Assembly: GCA_963773815.1 (NCBI GenBank) | Contig: CAVZCI010000003.1 | Coordinates: 151,749-215,748 of the forward strand | Source: an uncultured Acidobacteriota bacterium | GTDB lineage: Bacteria; Acidobacteriota; Thermoanaerobaculia; UBA5066; DATFVB01 | Length of the DNA: 64,000 bases | Direction of reading: 5' to 3' | Shown here: positions 43,601 through 54,223 of the stretch, piece after piece | How positions within the stretch are numbered: position 1 is the first letter of the stretch | Layout of the letters: every line of letters begins with the position of its first letter | The notes under the pieces: generated by a model | What the model saw: only the letters and a program-made list of their open reading frames with translations | Database searches by the model: none | Told to the model about the DNA's origin: nothing | Translations under genes and position numbers: made by a program

Positions 43601-43775
43601 TGCGCCGGCGCTAGAAGGGCGGGTGGCGCGGGGCAAGACCCCCTTTTGCCGCTCGCGGCGCGGAGTCGTAGCAGAGTCCTCAGAATCGCAGCGAGCGGAA
43701 AAGCGGGGCGAGTCCCGCGACAGGACCCGCTTGCCGAGCCGGCGCACGGGCTGAGTCCGAGCGGCCGAGCGAACT
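43601..43775 (+). repeat. Copy 1 of a ~130-bp dispersed repeat composed of two back-to-back intrinsic-terminator-like hairpins (GGGGCAAGACCCCC-TTTT for the + strand; AAAA-GCGGGGCGAGTCCCGC for the - strand)
   Basis: About 94 percent identical to 62767..62900 in the same orientation. Sits between convergent dgk-like (+) and cyclophilin-fusion (-) genes. Confidence 0.7.
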
Positions 43776-45392
43776 TTACCGACTCGCGACGACGGGCGGA
43801 GCGAGCTGGGGTTTCTGGAAGACGGGGTCCTTGAGGTAGAGGAACATCACGGCCATCGAGTCCTGGTTGTCCTTCGACGTGTTGTTGTACGTCGAGATCA
43901 GCTCGTAGTGGTGATCGTGGTAGATCGGGATCCCTTCTTCGCTCGAGAACGTGTCGACGCGCGTGAGGCCGATCCGGTCCGGCGGGTTTTGCGCCGTGCT
44001 CTTCCACACGCTCTGGTTCGCGGTCTTGTCGTACAGCTCGAGCGATTCGGCGAAGGGATGCAGGTGCACCGCGATGTAGTGAATCGTCGTGTCCTGCGAA
44101 AGACGCAGCATCGCGTCGACCGGCGTCCGGTTGACTTCGCGGCCGGGCCCGACGACCCAGTGGCCCGTGAAAGTCCGGTTGTAGGCGTCGTGGTACTCGT
44201 ACGAGGCGGCGTTCTGTCCCGGCAGGCAGCTCGCCATGTCGTGGCCCTCGTGGGAGGCCGGGTCGATTCCGAACCGACCGTCGGTGGCGGAGAGGACTTT
44301 GAGCCCGTACACGGCGTCTTCGAAGAGGGGCGTCATCGCGAACGGCAGGTCGCGGTCCCGGACGTAGCGGATCCGCGTGCGGTGCCGAACGCTCAGGCCG
44401 CAATCCGGGTAGTTGAGGTTCAGGACCTGCGTCGTCAACGAGAGTTTCTCGTCCGAAAGCATGGGGATTCCGAACCCGGGCGGAAACTCGATGTCCATTT
44501 GCCCCTGGGAAAGGGTGAAGAGGCGCGGGTTGACGTCGTGGGACATCTGGAGCCGGCGCAGGTGCTCGCCCGGATCGAGGTCCAGGTTGCTGTGGCACAT
44601 GAACTGGTCGAGGCCGCTCGGGTCGCCGGCGTCGCCCACGACGTCGGCCGAATAGCCGACGATCCAGAGGAGCTCCGGCGCTCCGGGTTCGAGCGAGACC
44701 CGCCGCGTGCTCTGAGGTCCCGTCATCGACCGGTAAACCTTGTCGATGTTGTAGTACTCGGAGAGGTCTTCGAACGTGCGTTCCTTCGCGGCGATCACGG
44801 CGCGCCGGTCGGGCTCGCGCTCGACGCGCGCCTGAACGATCGCGGCGGAAGGCTTCGGCGTTTCCGCGATCTTCCCGACCGTCTCCATTCCCGAAATGAC
44901 GCGCCCGAAGACCGTGTACCCGTAGTGCGCGGGGTCGTCACCCGTGTGGTCGAGGTGGGGGTTGTCCTTCAGGTTGACGTAGAAGTAATTCGCGCCGCTG
45001 CCCGGATCGCTCTCCCGCGCGAGACCGACGGTTCCGGCGAGGTTCTTCAGGCCGTTGGCGGCCTCCGAGGGAATCGGGGGAAACGAGGCGCGGATGCTGC
45101 CGTCGGCTCCCCGGCCTCCCGCTTCGATCAGGAAATTCGGCTCGACGCGGTCGAAAACGATACCGTCGTAGTAACCGGACCGGACGTACTGAAGGAAATT
45201 CTCCACGGTCCGCGGCGCCTCCGTCGCGTACAACTCGATCTCGATTTTCCCGCGGTCGGTTTCGATCGAGACGAGAGGATTCGTCGGGGCGGTGTTCGGG
45301 GTCGGGGCATTCGGCATGCCGGCCGCGAGCGCCAGGGCCGGAAGAGAAAGGAGAAGCAAGGGCAGGATCCGCTGTTTTCGAGCGACACGCAT
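43776..45392 (-). CDS. Secreted cyclophilin-type peptidyl-prolyl isomerase fused to a ~340-aa His-rich C-terminal domain of unknown function
   Basis: Signal peptide MRVARKQRILPLLLLSLPALALAAG; cyclophilin block GKIEIELYATEAPRTVENFLQYVRSGYYDGIVFDRV...YTVFGRVISGMETV; C-terminal region with HEGHDMASC, HYIAVHLHPF and YHDHHYE His clusters. Confidence 0.7.
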   Translation of the reverse strand: MRVARKQRILPLLLLSLPALALAAGMPNAPTPNTAPTNPLVSIETDRGKIEIELYATEAPRTVENFLQYVRSGYYDGIVFDRVEPNFLIEAGGRGADGSIRASFPPIPSEAANGLKNLAGTVGLARESDPGSGANYFYVNLKDNPHLDHTGDDPAHYGYTVFGRVISGMETVGKIAETPKPSAAIVQARVEREPDRRAVIAAKERTFEDLSEYYNIDKVYRSMTGPQSTRRVSLEPGAPELLWIVGYSADVVGDAGDPSGLDQFMCHSNLDLDPGEHLRRLQMSHDVNPRLFTLSQGQMDIEFPPGFGIPMLSDEKLSLTTQVLNLNYPDCGLSVRHRTRIRYVRDRDLPFAMTPLFEDAVYGLKVLSATDGRFGIDPASHEGHDMASCLPGQNAASYEYHDAYNRTFTGHWVVGPGREVNRTPVDAMLRLSQDTTIHYIAVHLHPFAESLELYDKTANQSVWKSTAQNPPDRIGLTRVDTFSSEEGIPIYHDHHYELISTYNNTSKDNQDSMAVMFLYLKDPVFQKPQLAPPVVASR

Positions 45393-45512
45393 GGCAGAGC
45401 TCCAAAAAGTCATGCTATACCCAACAGCGCCCCCAGGACCCCCATTCCCGCGAAAAACGCGACTTGAGAGCCGTGAGAAGGCGTGCCGGCGAAACGCTTC
45501 GAGCACGGGCGA

Positions 45513-47672
45513 ATGGTACGATGCCTTCCGTTGGCGCGCCACAAGAACGAGGATTCGGCCCGACCTCGCGGCCTCGACGCCGTGTTCCGGCCGCGGTCGG
45601 TCGCGGTCGTGGGGGCCTCGACGCGCGCCCATTCGATCGGGGGGAATCTCCTTTCGAACCTGTTCCGCTCCGGTTTCACGGGAAAGATCTTTCCGATCAA
45701 CCCGCGCGCCGAGGTCCTCCATTCGGTCAAGTGCTACGCCTCGGTTCGGTCCGTTCCCGACGAGATCGACTGCGCGATCGTGTCGGTTCCGAAAGAGCGC
45801 GTCCTCGAAGTCGTCTCCGAGTGCGGCCGCAAGGGAGTGCGCGGCCTCGTCGTCATCACGGCGGGGTTCAAAGAAGTCGGCGCGGCGGGCGCCGAGCTCG
45901 AAGAGCAGCTGAAGAAGCTCGTCGAGCGGCACGGAATGCGGATGATCGGGCCCAACTGCATGGGCGTGATCAACGCGGAGCCGGAGTATTCGATGGACGC
46001 GACGTTTTCTCCCACCCCCGCCTCGTTCGGCCCGCTCGCGTTCGCTTCCCAGTCCGGCGCGCTCGGGGTCGCGATCCTGAACGTGGCGGAGGCGCTGAAG
46101 CTCGGGTTCACGCAGTTCGTTTCGATGGGAAACAAGGCGAACGTGTCGTCCAACGACATGCTCGAATACTGGGAGGACGATCCGCGCACGAAGATCATCG
46201 CGCTCTACCTGGAGTCGTTCGGCAACCCGCGGCGCTTCGTCGAAATCGCGCGGCGGATTTCGAAGAAGAAGCCGATCCTCATCGTCAAGTCCGGCCGGAC
46301 GGTCGCGGGAGCCCGCGCGGCGTCTTCGCACACGGGAGCGCTCGCCGGGTCCGAAGTCGCGATCGACGCGATTCTCGAGAGCTGCGGCGTCACCCGATCC
46401 GAGACGATCGAGGACCTCTTCGACCTCGCGGCTGCGCTCGCTTCGCAGCCCCTCCCGAAGGGCGACCGCGTCGCGATCCTGACGAACGCCGGCGGTCCCG
46501 CGATCATGGCGACCGATGCCGCGATCCAGTTCGGCCTGCGGCTCTCGGAGCTCTCCGCCCGGACCCGAAAGCGGCTTTCGACGTTTCTTCCGCCCGAAGC
46601 CTCCGTCGCGAACCCGGTCGACATGATCGCCTCGGCGAGCGACGTGAACTACGGGAGGGCGGCTTCGATTCTCCTCGAAGATCCGAACGTGGACGGACTC
46701 CTCGTGATCAACGTCACGCCCGTGCTCTACGGGCCGAGGTCCGTCTGGGACGCCCTTCTCGCCTCGACCCGCGGCGCGAAGAAACCCGTTCTCTCCGTGT
46801 TCATGGCGAACGAGGAGTTCTACGACGAGGCGCGCTCGATGCCCGCCCATCCCCCGATCTACCGCTTTCCCGAGCCGGCGGCGCGCGTGCTTTCGGAGAT
46901 GTGGAGGATCGGAAAGTGGCAGAAGAAGCCGCGCGGCACGACGCCGCGTCTGTCGATCCGGACGGCCGAGATCCGGCGGATCCTCGACCGCCGGAAGAGA
47001 CGGGGGGCCGGATATCTCGACCCCGATTCGGCGTTTTCTCTTCTCGCGGCGGCCGGAATCCCCGTCGCGCGCCCGGTCTTCGTCCGGCGGGAATCCCAGG
47101 TCGTCGCGCGGGCGGCCGAGGTCGGCTACCCGCTCGTCCTGAAAGCCGCCGGCGAGAAGATCGTGCACAAGTCCGACGTCGGCGGCGTCGCGACGGGGCT
47201 GCGCAGCGCGAAAGATCTGGCGGCGGCTCTGGCCCGAATGAAAAAGGATCTCGAACGCCACGGCGCGGCCGACGGGCTCGAGGGATTCATCCTCCAGCGC
47301 GAGGCGCGAGGCCGCGAGCTCGTCGTCGGCGCGACGAACGACCCGAGAATCGGGCCGCTCGTCATGTTCGGCCTCGGGGGGCGTTACGTCGAAGTCTTCA
47401 AAGACGTGAAGTTCCTGCTGCCCCCGGTCACCCGCGAGGACGTTCTCGAGGCCCTTTCGCAGCTCAAGGCGGGCAAACTCCTCGCGGGCGTCCGCGGGGA
47501 GCGGCCGGGCGACACGGCATTCCTCGTCGAGACGGTCCTGCGCGTCTGCCGGCTCGCTTTCGAGTTCCCGGAAATCGCCGAGATGGACATCAATCCCCTG
47601 TTCGTCGGAGATCGGGGCCGCGGCGGCCTCGCCGTCGACGCGAGGATCCGTGTCGCCGGGCCGGGGGCCTGA
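45513..47672 (+). CDS. Acetate--CoA ligase (ADP-forming) / NDP-forming acyl-CoA synthetase family protein (fused alpha-beta)
   Basis: CoA-binding domain (RSVAVVGAS...GKIFPINP), succinyl-CoA-synthetase-like flavodoxin domain, C-terminal ATP-grasp; 719 aa. Confidence 0.8.
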   Translation: MVRCLPLARHKNEDSARPRGLDAVFRPRSVAVVGASTRAHSIGGNLLSNLFRSGFTGKIFPINPRAEVLHSVKCYASVRSVPDEIDCAIVSVPKERVLEVVSECGRKGVRGLVVITAGFKEVGAAGAELEEQLKKLVERHGMRMIGPNCMGVINAEPEYSMDATFSPTPASFGPLAFASQSGALGVAILNVAEALKLGFTQFVSMGNKANVSSNDMLEYWEDDPRTKIIALYLESFGNPRRFVEIARRISKKKPILIVKSGRTVAGARAASSHTGALAGSEVAIDAILESCGVTRSETIEDLFDLAAALASQPLPKGDRVAILTNAGGPAIMATDAAIQFGLRLSELSARTRKRLSTFLPPEASVANPVDMIASASDVNYGRAASILLEDPNVDGLLVINVTPVLYGPRSVWDALLASTRGAKKPVLSVFMANEEFYDEARSMPAHPPIYRFPEPAARVLSEMWRIGKWQKKPRGTTPRLSIRTAEIRRILDRRKRRGAGYLDPDSAFSLLAAAGIPVARPVFVRRESQVVARAAEVGYPLVLKAAGEKIVHKSDVGGVATGLRSAKDLAAALARMKKDLERHGAADGLEGFILQREARGRELVVGATNDPRIGPLVMFGLGGRYVEVFKDVKFLLPPVTREDVLEALSQLKAGKLLAGVRGERPGDTAFLVETVLRVCRLAFEFPEIAEMDINPLFVGDRGRGGLAVDARIRVAGPGA

Positions 47673-47695
47673 GCCAGTTTTCCCGGTTCTCTTCG

Positions 47696-49189
47696 ATGCT
47701 CGAGAAGAACGACTCCGACGGCATCCGCATGGATGAGCCCGGCCCGGGCGCCGTAGAGAGGGAAGTGACCAGGGTTTCGACGAAGGTGTGGGCGGTGATC
47801 GCGATTCTCGCGGCGGCGATTCGGTTGTATCGCCTCGATCATTTTTCCTATTGGCTCGACGAGATCCTTCAGTCGTTCGCGATCCACAATTCCTGGCGCG
47901 GCCTCTTCGCTTCTCTTCGATGGCAAGGCCTGCAGGCTCCGCTGGACTACGTCATCGGGAAGCTGGTGGAGGCTGCCGGCCCTTCGGACGCCGTCCGGAA
48001 GCTTCCTGCCGTGCTCTGGGGCACGGGCACCGTGGTTGCGATGGGCGGGCTCGTGGCCCGGCGGGCGGGGCGCGCGGCAGGCATCGCCGTTGCCGCGCTC
48101 CTCGCGCTGTCGCCGTTTCACGTCCACTACTCGCAGGAGCTGCGGCCGTATTCGCTCGGGCTGTTCCTGCTCGCGCTGTCGCTTCTTTCGCTCGACCGTT
48201 ATCTCGCCGAACCCGGTCCGCGGCGGCTTGCGGCGCTCTATCTTTCGTGTCTCGCGACGGCATACGCGCTCTATGTCTCGGCCCTGGTCCTCGCAGTCGC
48301 GGCGGGAGCGATCGTGGCGGAGGATTGCTTTTCCGCGGACCCGCGCCGCCGAAGGGCCGCGCGCCGGTTTCTGAGAACGAGCCCGCTGTTTGCGGCAGCC
48401 CTCTGGCTCGGATACCTGCCCTGGTGGAGCACATTCCTGACCGGATTGAGGAGCCCGGCCGTCGGCGCGGTCCCGGCGTTTTCCGCGGCCCGCGTCGTTC
48501 GGTTCTTTTCCTTCTTCGGTTTCGGCCATTCCGATTGGCAGCCGCTCGGAGTCTCCGGCTTCCTATTCGTCGCGGGCACGATCTTCGGCGCGGTGCTCGC
48601 CTGCCGAAGAGAGGGCGCCCGTTTCGCCGTCGCCTGGGCCGCTGGCGGCCTCGGATTGCTCGAACTGATGGAGCACCGCCACCCGGTCTTCGATTCGATC
48701 TTCCACTATCTTCCGGCGGGGATCGCTCTGGTCGTTCTGTTTTCGATCGCTCTGGCCGAGCTCTTGCGCCGCCCGGGATGGCGGGGCGCGGGCGCGGCGC
48801 TCCTCCTGCTTTCCTTTTCGTTCGAGATCTCGTCGCTCGCCGAGTATTTTCGAAGCGGCCGGCCGGATTGGAGGCCGGCGGCGTCGTTCCTGCGCTCGCA
48901 CCACGGAAGCGAGCGCATCGTCACGGACAGCCAGTGGACCCAGTTGTGCGCGGCCTACTATGTCTTCGGCCCCGAATGGCTTTGTTGCGGAGATGGCCAC
49001 GGCATCGTTTCGCTCAACGGAGATCCAGCGCCGATCGCGTGGCTTCAGGAGCCGGGGAAAAATCTCTGGCTCGTGACCTCGAACGCGGCGGGAGGTTCCG
49101 CGCGCCTGACCGGCGTCGCGGAAAGACTGGCCGTGGCGCGTTTTCCCCGGGCGGAAGGAGCGATCATCGCGAGAATTCCGCCGCGCTAG
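47696..49189 (+). CDS. Polytopic membrane glycosyltransferase, GT39/GT83 (PMT / ArnT-like) family
   Basis: Approx 11 TM helices; N-terminal loop with conserved DE (YWLDEILQSF) as in the PMT_2 family; 497 aa. Confidence 0.6.
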   Translation: MLEKNDSDGIRMDEPGPGAVEREVTRVSTKVWAVIAILAAAIRLYRLDHFSYWLDEILQSFAIHNSWRGLFASLRWQGLQAPLDYVIGKLVEAAGPSDAVRKLPAVLWGTGTVVAMGGLVARRAGRAAGIAVAALLALSPFHVHYSQELRPYSLGLFLLALSLLSLDRYLAEPGPRRLAALYLSCLATAYALYVSALVLAVAAGAIVAEDCFSADPRRRRAARRFLRTSPLFAAALWLGYLPWWSTFLTGLRSPAVGAVPAFSAARVVRFFSFFGFGHSDWQPLGVSGFLFVAGTIFGAVLACRREGARFAVAWAAGGLGLLELMEHRHPVFDSIFHYLPAGIALVVLFSIALAELLRRPGWRGAGAALLLLSFSFEISSLAEYFRSGRPDWRPAASFLRSHHGSERIVTDSQWTQLCAAYYVFGPEWLCCGDGHGIVSLNGDPAPIAWLQEPGKNLWLVTSNAAGGSARLTGVAERLAVARFPRAEGAIIARIPPR

Positions 49190-49195
49190 GGGAAT

Positions 49196-51117
49196 CTAGC
49201 CGCGTCGAGTCTTCCAGTACACGGCGTAGCGCTCGTTGAAGATCGACGCGAGCGGCGAGAGGCGGATCTCGCGGACCTTGCCCGCCGACAACCCTTCTGC
49301 CCGAAACTCGAGCGGCTTCCCCGCGGAATGAATCGAGGCGGCCGGATCGCCCGTCCCGAGCGACAGCTCCGGCGCGGGAACGGCGTCGAGCTTGTATTCC
49401 GGAACAGTTCTCGGTTTCGTCGGCTCCGCGCGCAGCGTCGCGGGCGTGAGCCCTTCTGTTCCGAGCCGGCCGGCGAGCACGATCGGCCCGAACATCGCCG
49501 CCGCCGTCGACGGGATCGTCGGGCGTCGGCTCGACGCGAAGGGCCATCGGCAGGCGGAGCTCGATGCGGTCTCCGCCGCTCCAGACCCGGTCGAGGACGA
49601 AGGAGCCGCCCGGCGCCGCAAAGCCCTCCAGCTCCCGGCCGTTGAGCCGGACGCCGGCTCCCTCTTCCGTCCAGGACGGAACGCGCAGGCGCATCTCGGC
49701 CCGGGTCGGGCGCTGCGCTCGAAACGTGAGCGAGGTCGACGGATTCCTCCGGGAACCGCGTCTCCTGGACGACCCGAAGGCCCTTCTCTTTCCAGTCGAG
49801 CTCCGAGGAGACGAACTGGTCGACGAGCAGCGCGTCGCCGGCGCGGAAATAGACGCTCTCCCCGAGCTTTGAAAACGACTCGCTCCCGGTGCCCGTGCAG
49901 CACCAGAAGTCGTGGAGAGGCGTTCCGAAGAGCTTCCAGTACCCGGACGCGAGCGGCACGTAATAGAGCTTCGAGCCGTCGGCCGGGTGCTGCGTTCCGA
50001 GGATGCCGTTCCACATCGCCCGCTCGATGAATTCGGCGCAGGCCGGATCTCCCGTCCAGCCGCCGACGTGCCGCGCGAGCTTCAGCATGTTGTAGGTCAC
50101 GCAGCACTCCTGCGTGTAGCCGGACAGCTCCGAGGCGATCGCGCCGGGCTCGGCGTTCCAGCTCTCGCCGTTGCTCGTTCCTCCGGTGCAGTAGGCGCGC
50201 CGGGTCGCGACTTCGCGCCAGAAGTATTCGGCGATCCGGCGGTACCGCGATTCGCCCGTCAGCTCGTATCGGCGTGCCGCGCCGATGATCTTCGGGATCG
50301 TCGTGTTCGCGTGAAGGCCTTTCAGCTCGTCGCGTCCTTCCGCGAGGGGAGCGAAGATCCTCTCGTGGTCGAACCGGTGGGCGAGCTCGCGGAAATCCTC
50401 GGACCCGGTGATCGCCGACAGGTTGTACAGCGCTTCGTTCATTCCGCCGTACTCGCGCTCGAGCACCCGCGCCATCGCCGCTTCCCCGAGCGGCTGCGTC
50501 CAGCGCGAGATCCAGGTCGCCATTCCGGCCGCGACGTCGAGCGCGCGGGCGTTCCCGGCCAGCGTGTGCATGTCGAGGAGGCCCGCGAGGATCTTGTGGA
50601 GCGTGTAGAAAGGCGCCCAGACGCGTTCGTCCGCTCGCAGCCGGTCGAACAACTCTTCCGGGAACGCCGAGAGGTAGTCGTTTCCGTGCTTTTCCTGGCA
50701 CTTCGCGAGCTCCGCGACGATCCGGTCTCCCCGGGCTTTCGCTTCGTCGTCGGAGAAGCCCGCCGCCCGCATCGCGCACGCGGACAGGTAGTGGCCGGTG
50801 TAATGGCCGCGGAGCTCGTTTTCCGGAGCCTCCCACCCGCCGAGAGGGAGGGCCGTCGAGGGGAGCCCCGCCGTCAGGCGGAACATGTGGAGCAGGCGGT
50901 CCGGGTCGAGGTTCAGGAGGAATCGTCGGTTCACGTCCGCCGCGTCGAAGAACGGACCCGGCAGAAGCCGGACCCGGGAGAGATCGAACGGGACGTTCGC
51001 GATTCGGCTCGCCTCGACCGGAGCCGCAGAGCCCGACGCGAACCGGACAAGAGGGAGCGCCGCCGCGGCGGCTGCCGAAGCGCCGAGGAATTCCCGGCGC
51101 GTGAAGCCTCTCTTCAT
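49196..51117 (-). CDS. Glycoside hydrolase family 127 / DUF1680 (beta-L-arabinofuranosidase-like) with twin-arginine signal; two apparent frameshifts in the 3' third
   Basis: Twin-arginine signal RREFLGASAAAAAA. Conserved GH127 blocks (GHYLSA, WAPFYTLHKI, CCVTYNMLKLA, DFWCCTGTG). C-terminal beta-sandwich encoded in two other frames ending ...ERYAVYWKTRRG at 49196. Confidence 0.65.
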
Positions 51118-51180
51118 GGAGGGGAGTTTACGCCCGCGGCCTTCGGGAGAGGGTAGCCGAGGGGCCGGGGGCGAGGTTTG

Positions 51181-52092
51181 CTAAGGTTTTCCCGCCGCGG
51201 GCAGCGTTTCGTAGATCGTTCGGACGAACGCGTCGGCCTTGACGAATCCGTTGCCCCATTTCGAGTCGAGGGAGGCCGTCGGCCGCGCGGACACGACGTC
51301 TTGCTCCGAATCTCCCTGCGCCTTCAGGCGCGCGACGCGCTCCCGCGCCTGCTTCAACATTTCCCCGAACGCGGCGAGCTCGCCGCGCGTGCCGAGGATG
51401 CCATGGCCCGGGACGATCTTCGTCGCCGGGCCGGCGAGCTTCAATCCTTCCTCGACCGCCGCGATGTAGCCGTCGATCGTCCCGCCGGTTCCGATGTCGA
51501 GGATCGGGTACATGGCGTTGAAGAAACAGTCGCCCATGTGCAGCACGTCGGCCTGCGGGAATTGCACGAGCACGTCGCCGTCGGTATGCGCGTTCTTCAC
51601 GTGGATCAGGCGGATCGTCTCGCCGTTCAGGTGGAGAGTCGCGCGATCATTGAACGTCACGACCGGGAGCGCTCCTTTCGGCGAGGCGGGGACCGTCCGG
51701 TTCAGGTGCTTGATGAACTGCTCGGTGCTCATCCGCTGGTACACGTTGTCCTGCGCGATCACGACCGCGCCGTCGGCCGCGAACTTGAAGTTCCCGCCCG
51801 TGTGGTCGCCGTGCCAGTGCGTGTTGAGCACGAAGCGGAGCGGCTTGTCGGAGAGCTTCGCGATCGCGGCCTTGATCTTGTCGTGGAGCGGCTCGAACTG
51901 GTCGTCGACGAGGATGACGCCGTCTTCGCCGGTCGAGACGACGATGTTTCCGCCCGCGCCGGCTAGCATCGCGAGCCCGTGGCCAAGCGGGGTTGTGACG
52001 ATCTGGACTTTTTCGAATTCGGTCTGGGCGAATGAGTACGCCGCCAGGACAAGGGAGGCAACGGCGAGAGAAACGGCGAGAGTCTTTTTCAC
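51181..52092 (-). CDS. Secreted MBL-fold metallo-hydrolase
   Basis: GTG start, signal peptide [30 protein letters not shown] zinc motif; 303 aa. Confidence 0.7.
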   Translation of the reverse strand: MKKTLAVSLAVASLVLAAYSFAQTEFEKVQIVTTPLGHGLAMLAGAGGNIVVSTGEDGVILVDDQFEPLHDKIKAAIAKLSDKPLRFVLNTHWHGDHTGGNFKFAADGAVVIAQDNVYQRMSTEQFIKHLNRTVPASPKGALPVVTFNDRATLHLNGETIRLIHVKNAHTDGDVLVQFPQADVLHMGDCFFNAMYPILDIGTGGTIDGYIAAVEEGLKLAGPATKIVPGHGILGTRGELAAFGEMLKQARERVARLKAQGDSEQDVVSARPTASLDSKWGNGFVKADAFVRTIYETLPAAGKP

Positions 52093-52100
52093 GCTGCGCT

Positions 52101-54210
52101 TCAGAACTTCGAGACCTTCTCGATCGCGGCCTCGATGTCCTCGATCTGGGGAAGGATGAACTTCTCGAGCGGCGGAGCGTAGCCGACGAACGTATCCGTC
52201 GCCGAAACGCGCTCGACCGGAGCGTCGAGCCACGCGAACAGCTCGTTGCCGATGCGCGCCGCGATCTCCGAGGCGTAGCCCCAGGAAATCGGGTCTTCGG
52301 AGCAGACGACGACGCGGTTCGTCTTCTTGACGGATTCGGAAATGGCCTCCCAGTCGTACGGCGAGAGCGAGCGCAGGTCGAGGATCTCGGTCGACACGTT
52401 CGCCTTTTCCGCGATCTTTCGCGGCCGCGACGATCGACCGCTGCACCTGGGCGCCGTAGCAGAGCAGGGTGACGTCGTTGCCCTCCTGGACGAGCCGCGC
52501 TTTTCCGAACGGAATGCAGTAGTCCGGGCCGGGGTAGAGGCCCTTGTTGTAGGTCTGGCGGTAGAGGTGCTTGTGCTCCAGGAACATCACCGGGTCGTCG
52601 CAGCGAATCGCCGTGCGCAGGAGTCCGTTGGCGTCCTGCGCGTTGGAGGGAAGGACGACGCGCAGGCCCGGGATGTGCGTGAACATCGTGGGATCGCACT
52701 GCGAGTGGTAAAGCGCTCCCGCGATGTATCCGCCGACGGGAACGCGCACGACGACCGGCGCGGAGAACGTGCCCCCGGAACGCCACCGCATCGTCGCGAG
52801 CTCGTTTCGCAGCTGCATGTACGCCGGCCAGATGTAGTCGAAGAACTGGATCTCGACGACCGGTTTCAATCCGCGCACGGCCATCCCGACCGCGCGGCCG
52901 ATGATGTTCGCTTCGGCCAGCGGCGAGTTGAACACGCGGTTGTGGCCGTAGAGGCGCTGCAGGTTGTGCGTGACCTTGAAGACGCCGCCTTTTCCCTTCA
53001 CCTCGCCGAGCACGGCCTCGCGGGAGGCGTCCGCGACGTCTTCGCCAAACATGACGATGCGGGGCTCGCGCGCCATCTCGTCGCGCATGCAGGCGTTGAG
53101 CAGGTCGACCATCGTCTGCGGGTCCCCCTCCTCTTTCTTCGGCGTGTCGAAGGAGGAAGATGTCGGGTCGACCTTGTCGGAATAGACCCAGCGGAGCGCG
53201 CTCTGCGGTTCGGGCAGCGGAGCGGCGAGGGCCCGTTCCGCGTCCTCGTCGATCTGCTTTTCGATCTCCTTGTGAATGCCCGCCAGGTCCTTCTCGCTCA
53301 CGATTCCTTCGGCGACGAGGAACTTCGGAAAAGTCGCCAGCGGGTCGCGGGCCAGCTCCTTCTCGCGCTCGGGCGCCGGCCGGTAGCTCTTCTCGTCGTC
53401 GGAGACGGAGTGCGAGTACGGACGGATGACGTGCGCGTGGACGAGCGCGGGTCCCTTGCGCTGGCGGCAGTACTCCGCCGCGTACCGCAGCGCGTCGTAC
53501 GACTCGAGGAAATCGCAGCCGTCCACTTCGCTGACGAACAGGTTCGGAAAGCCGCGGACGAGCTTCGAGATCGACCCGCCCGCCGTCGTGACCTCGACGG
53601 GCACCGAAATCGCATAGCCGTTGTCCTCGATGAGGTACAGAACCGGAAGCCTCAGGTTGCAGGCGGTGTTGAGAGATTCCCAGAATTCTCCCTCCGCGAC
53701 CTGTCCGTCCCCTCCGGAGACGTACACGAGCTCGTCTTTGTGAAACTCCGCGTGCGTCTCGACCGTCGGGAGCTTGCTCATCCGCATGCCCGCTTCCGCG
53801 AGGCCGACGGCGTTCAGGAACTGCATTCCGGTGCAGGAGGATTTCGACACGAGGTTGAGTTTTTCGTGTCCCCAGTGGGCCGGCATCTGGCGGCCGCCGG
53901 AAGCGGGATCGTCCCTGGAGCCGGTCCCCTGGAGGAACATCTCGTAAGGAGTCATCCCGAGCGCGAGACAGAGCGCGCGATCGCGGTAATACGCGATGAA
54001 CCAGTCGTAGGAGGGGCGAACGACCATGGCGGCCGCGGTCAGAACGGCTTCGTGCCCGACGCCGTTGATCTGGAAATAGGTCTTGTTCTGGCGCTTGAGC
54101 TGAATTTCCTTGTCGTCGACCTTCCGCGAGAGGTACATGTTCCGGTACGCGGACAGAAGGGCGGAGGCATCGAGGCCGTGGTATTTTTCCACCTGCGTTT
54201 CAGACGCCAT
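52101..54210 (-). CDS. Thiamine-diphosphate-dependent 2-oxoacid dehydrogenase E1 component, fused alpha-beta subunits; apparent frameshift near 52400-52440
   Basis: Alpha part ([19 protein letters not shown] motif), beta part (VMFGEDV...HNLQRLYG...). Last 98 aa ([19 protein letters not shown]...EKVSKF) in the adjacent frame. ATG at 54210 with GGAGGG Shine-Dalgarno. Confidence 0.7.
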
Positions 54211-54223
54211 GAGGAGCCCTCCG

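Noticed and set aside
45464-49189. 1241-aa ORF fusing the acetate-CoA ligase-family and glycosyltransferase reading frames; similar giant ORFs at 27729..30491, 51181..54249 and 61546..63879
   Set aside because: Stop-codon-poor GC-rich sequence in an alternate frame. Each resolves into separate, recognisable genes with their own starts and ribosome-binding sites.
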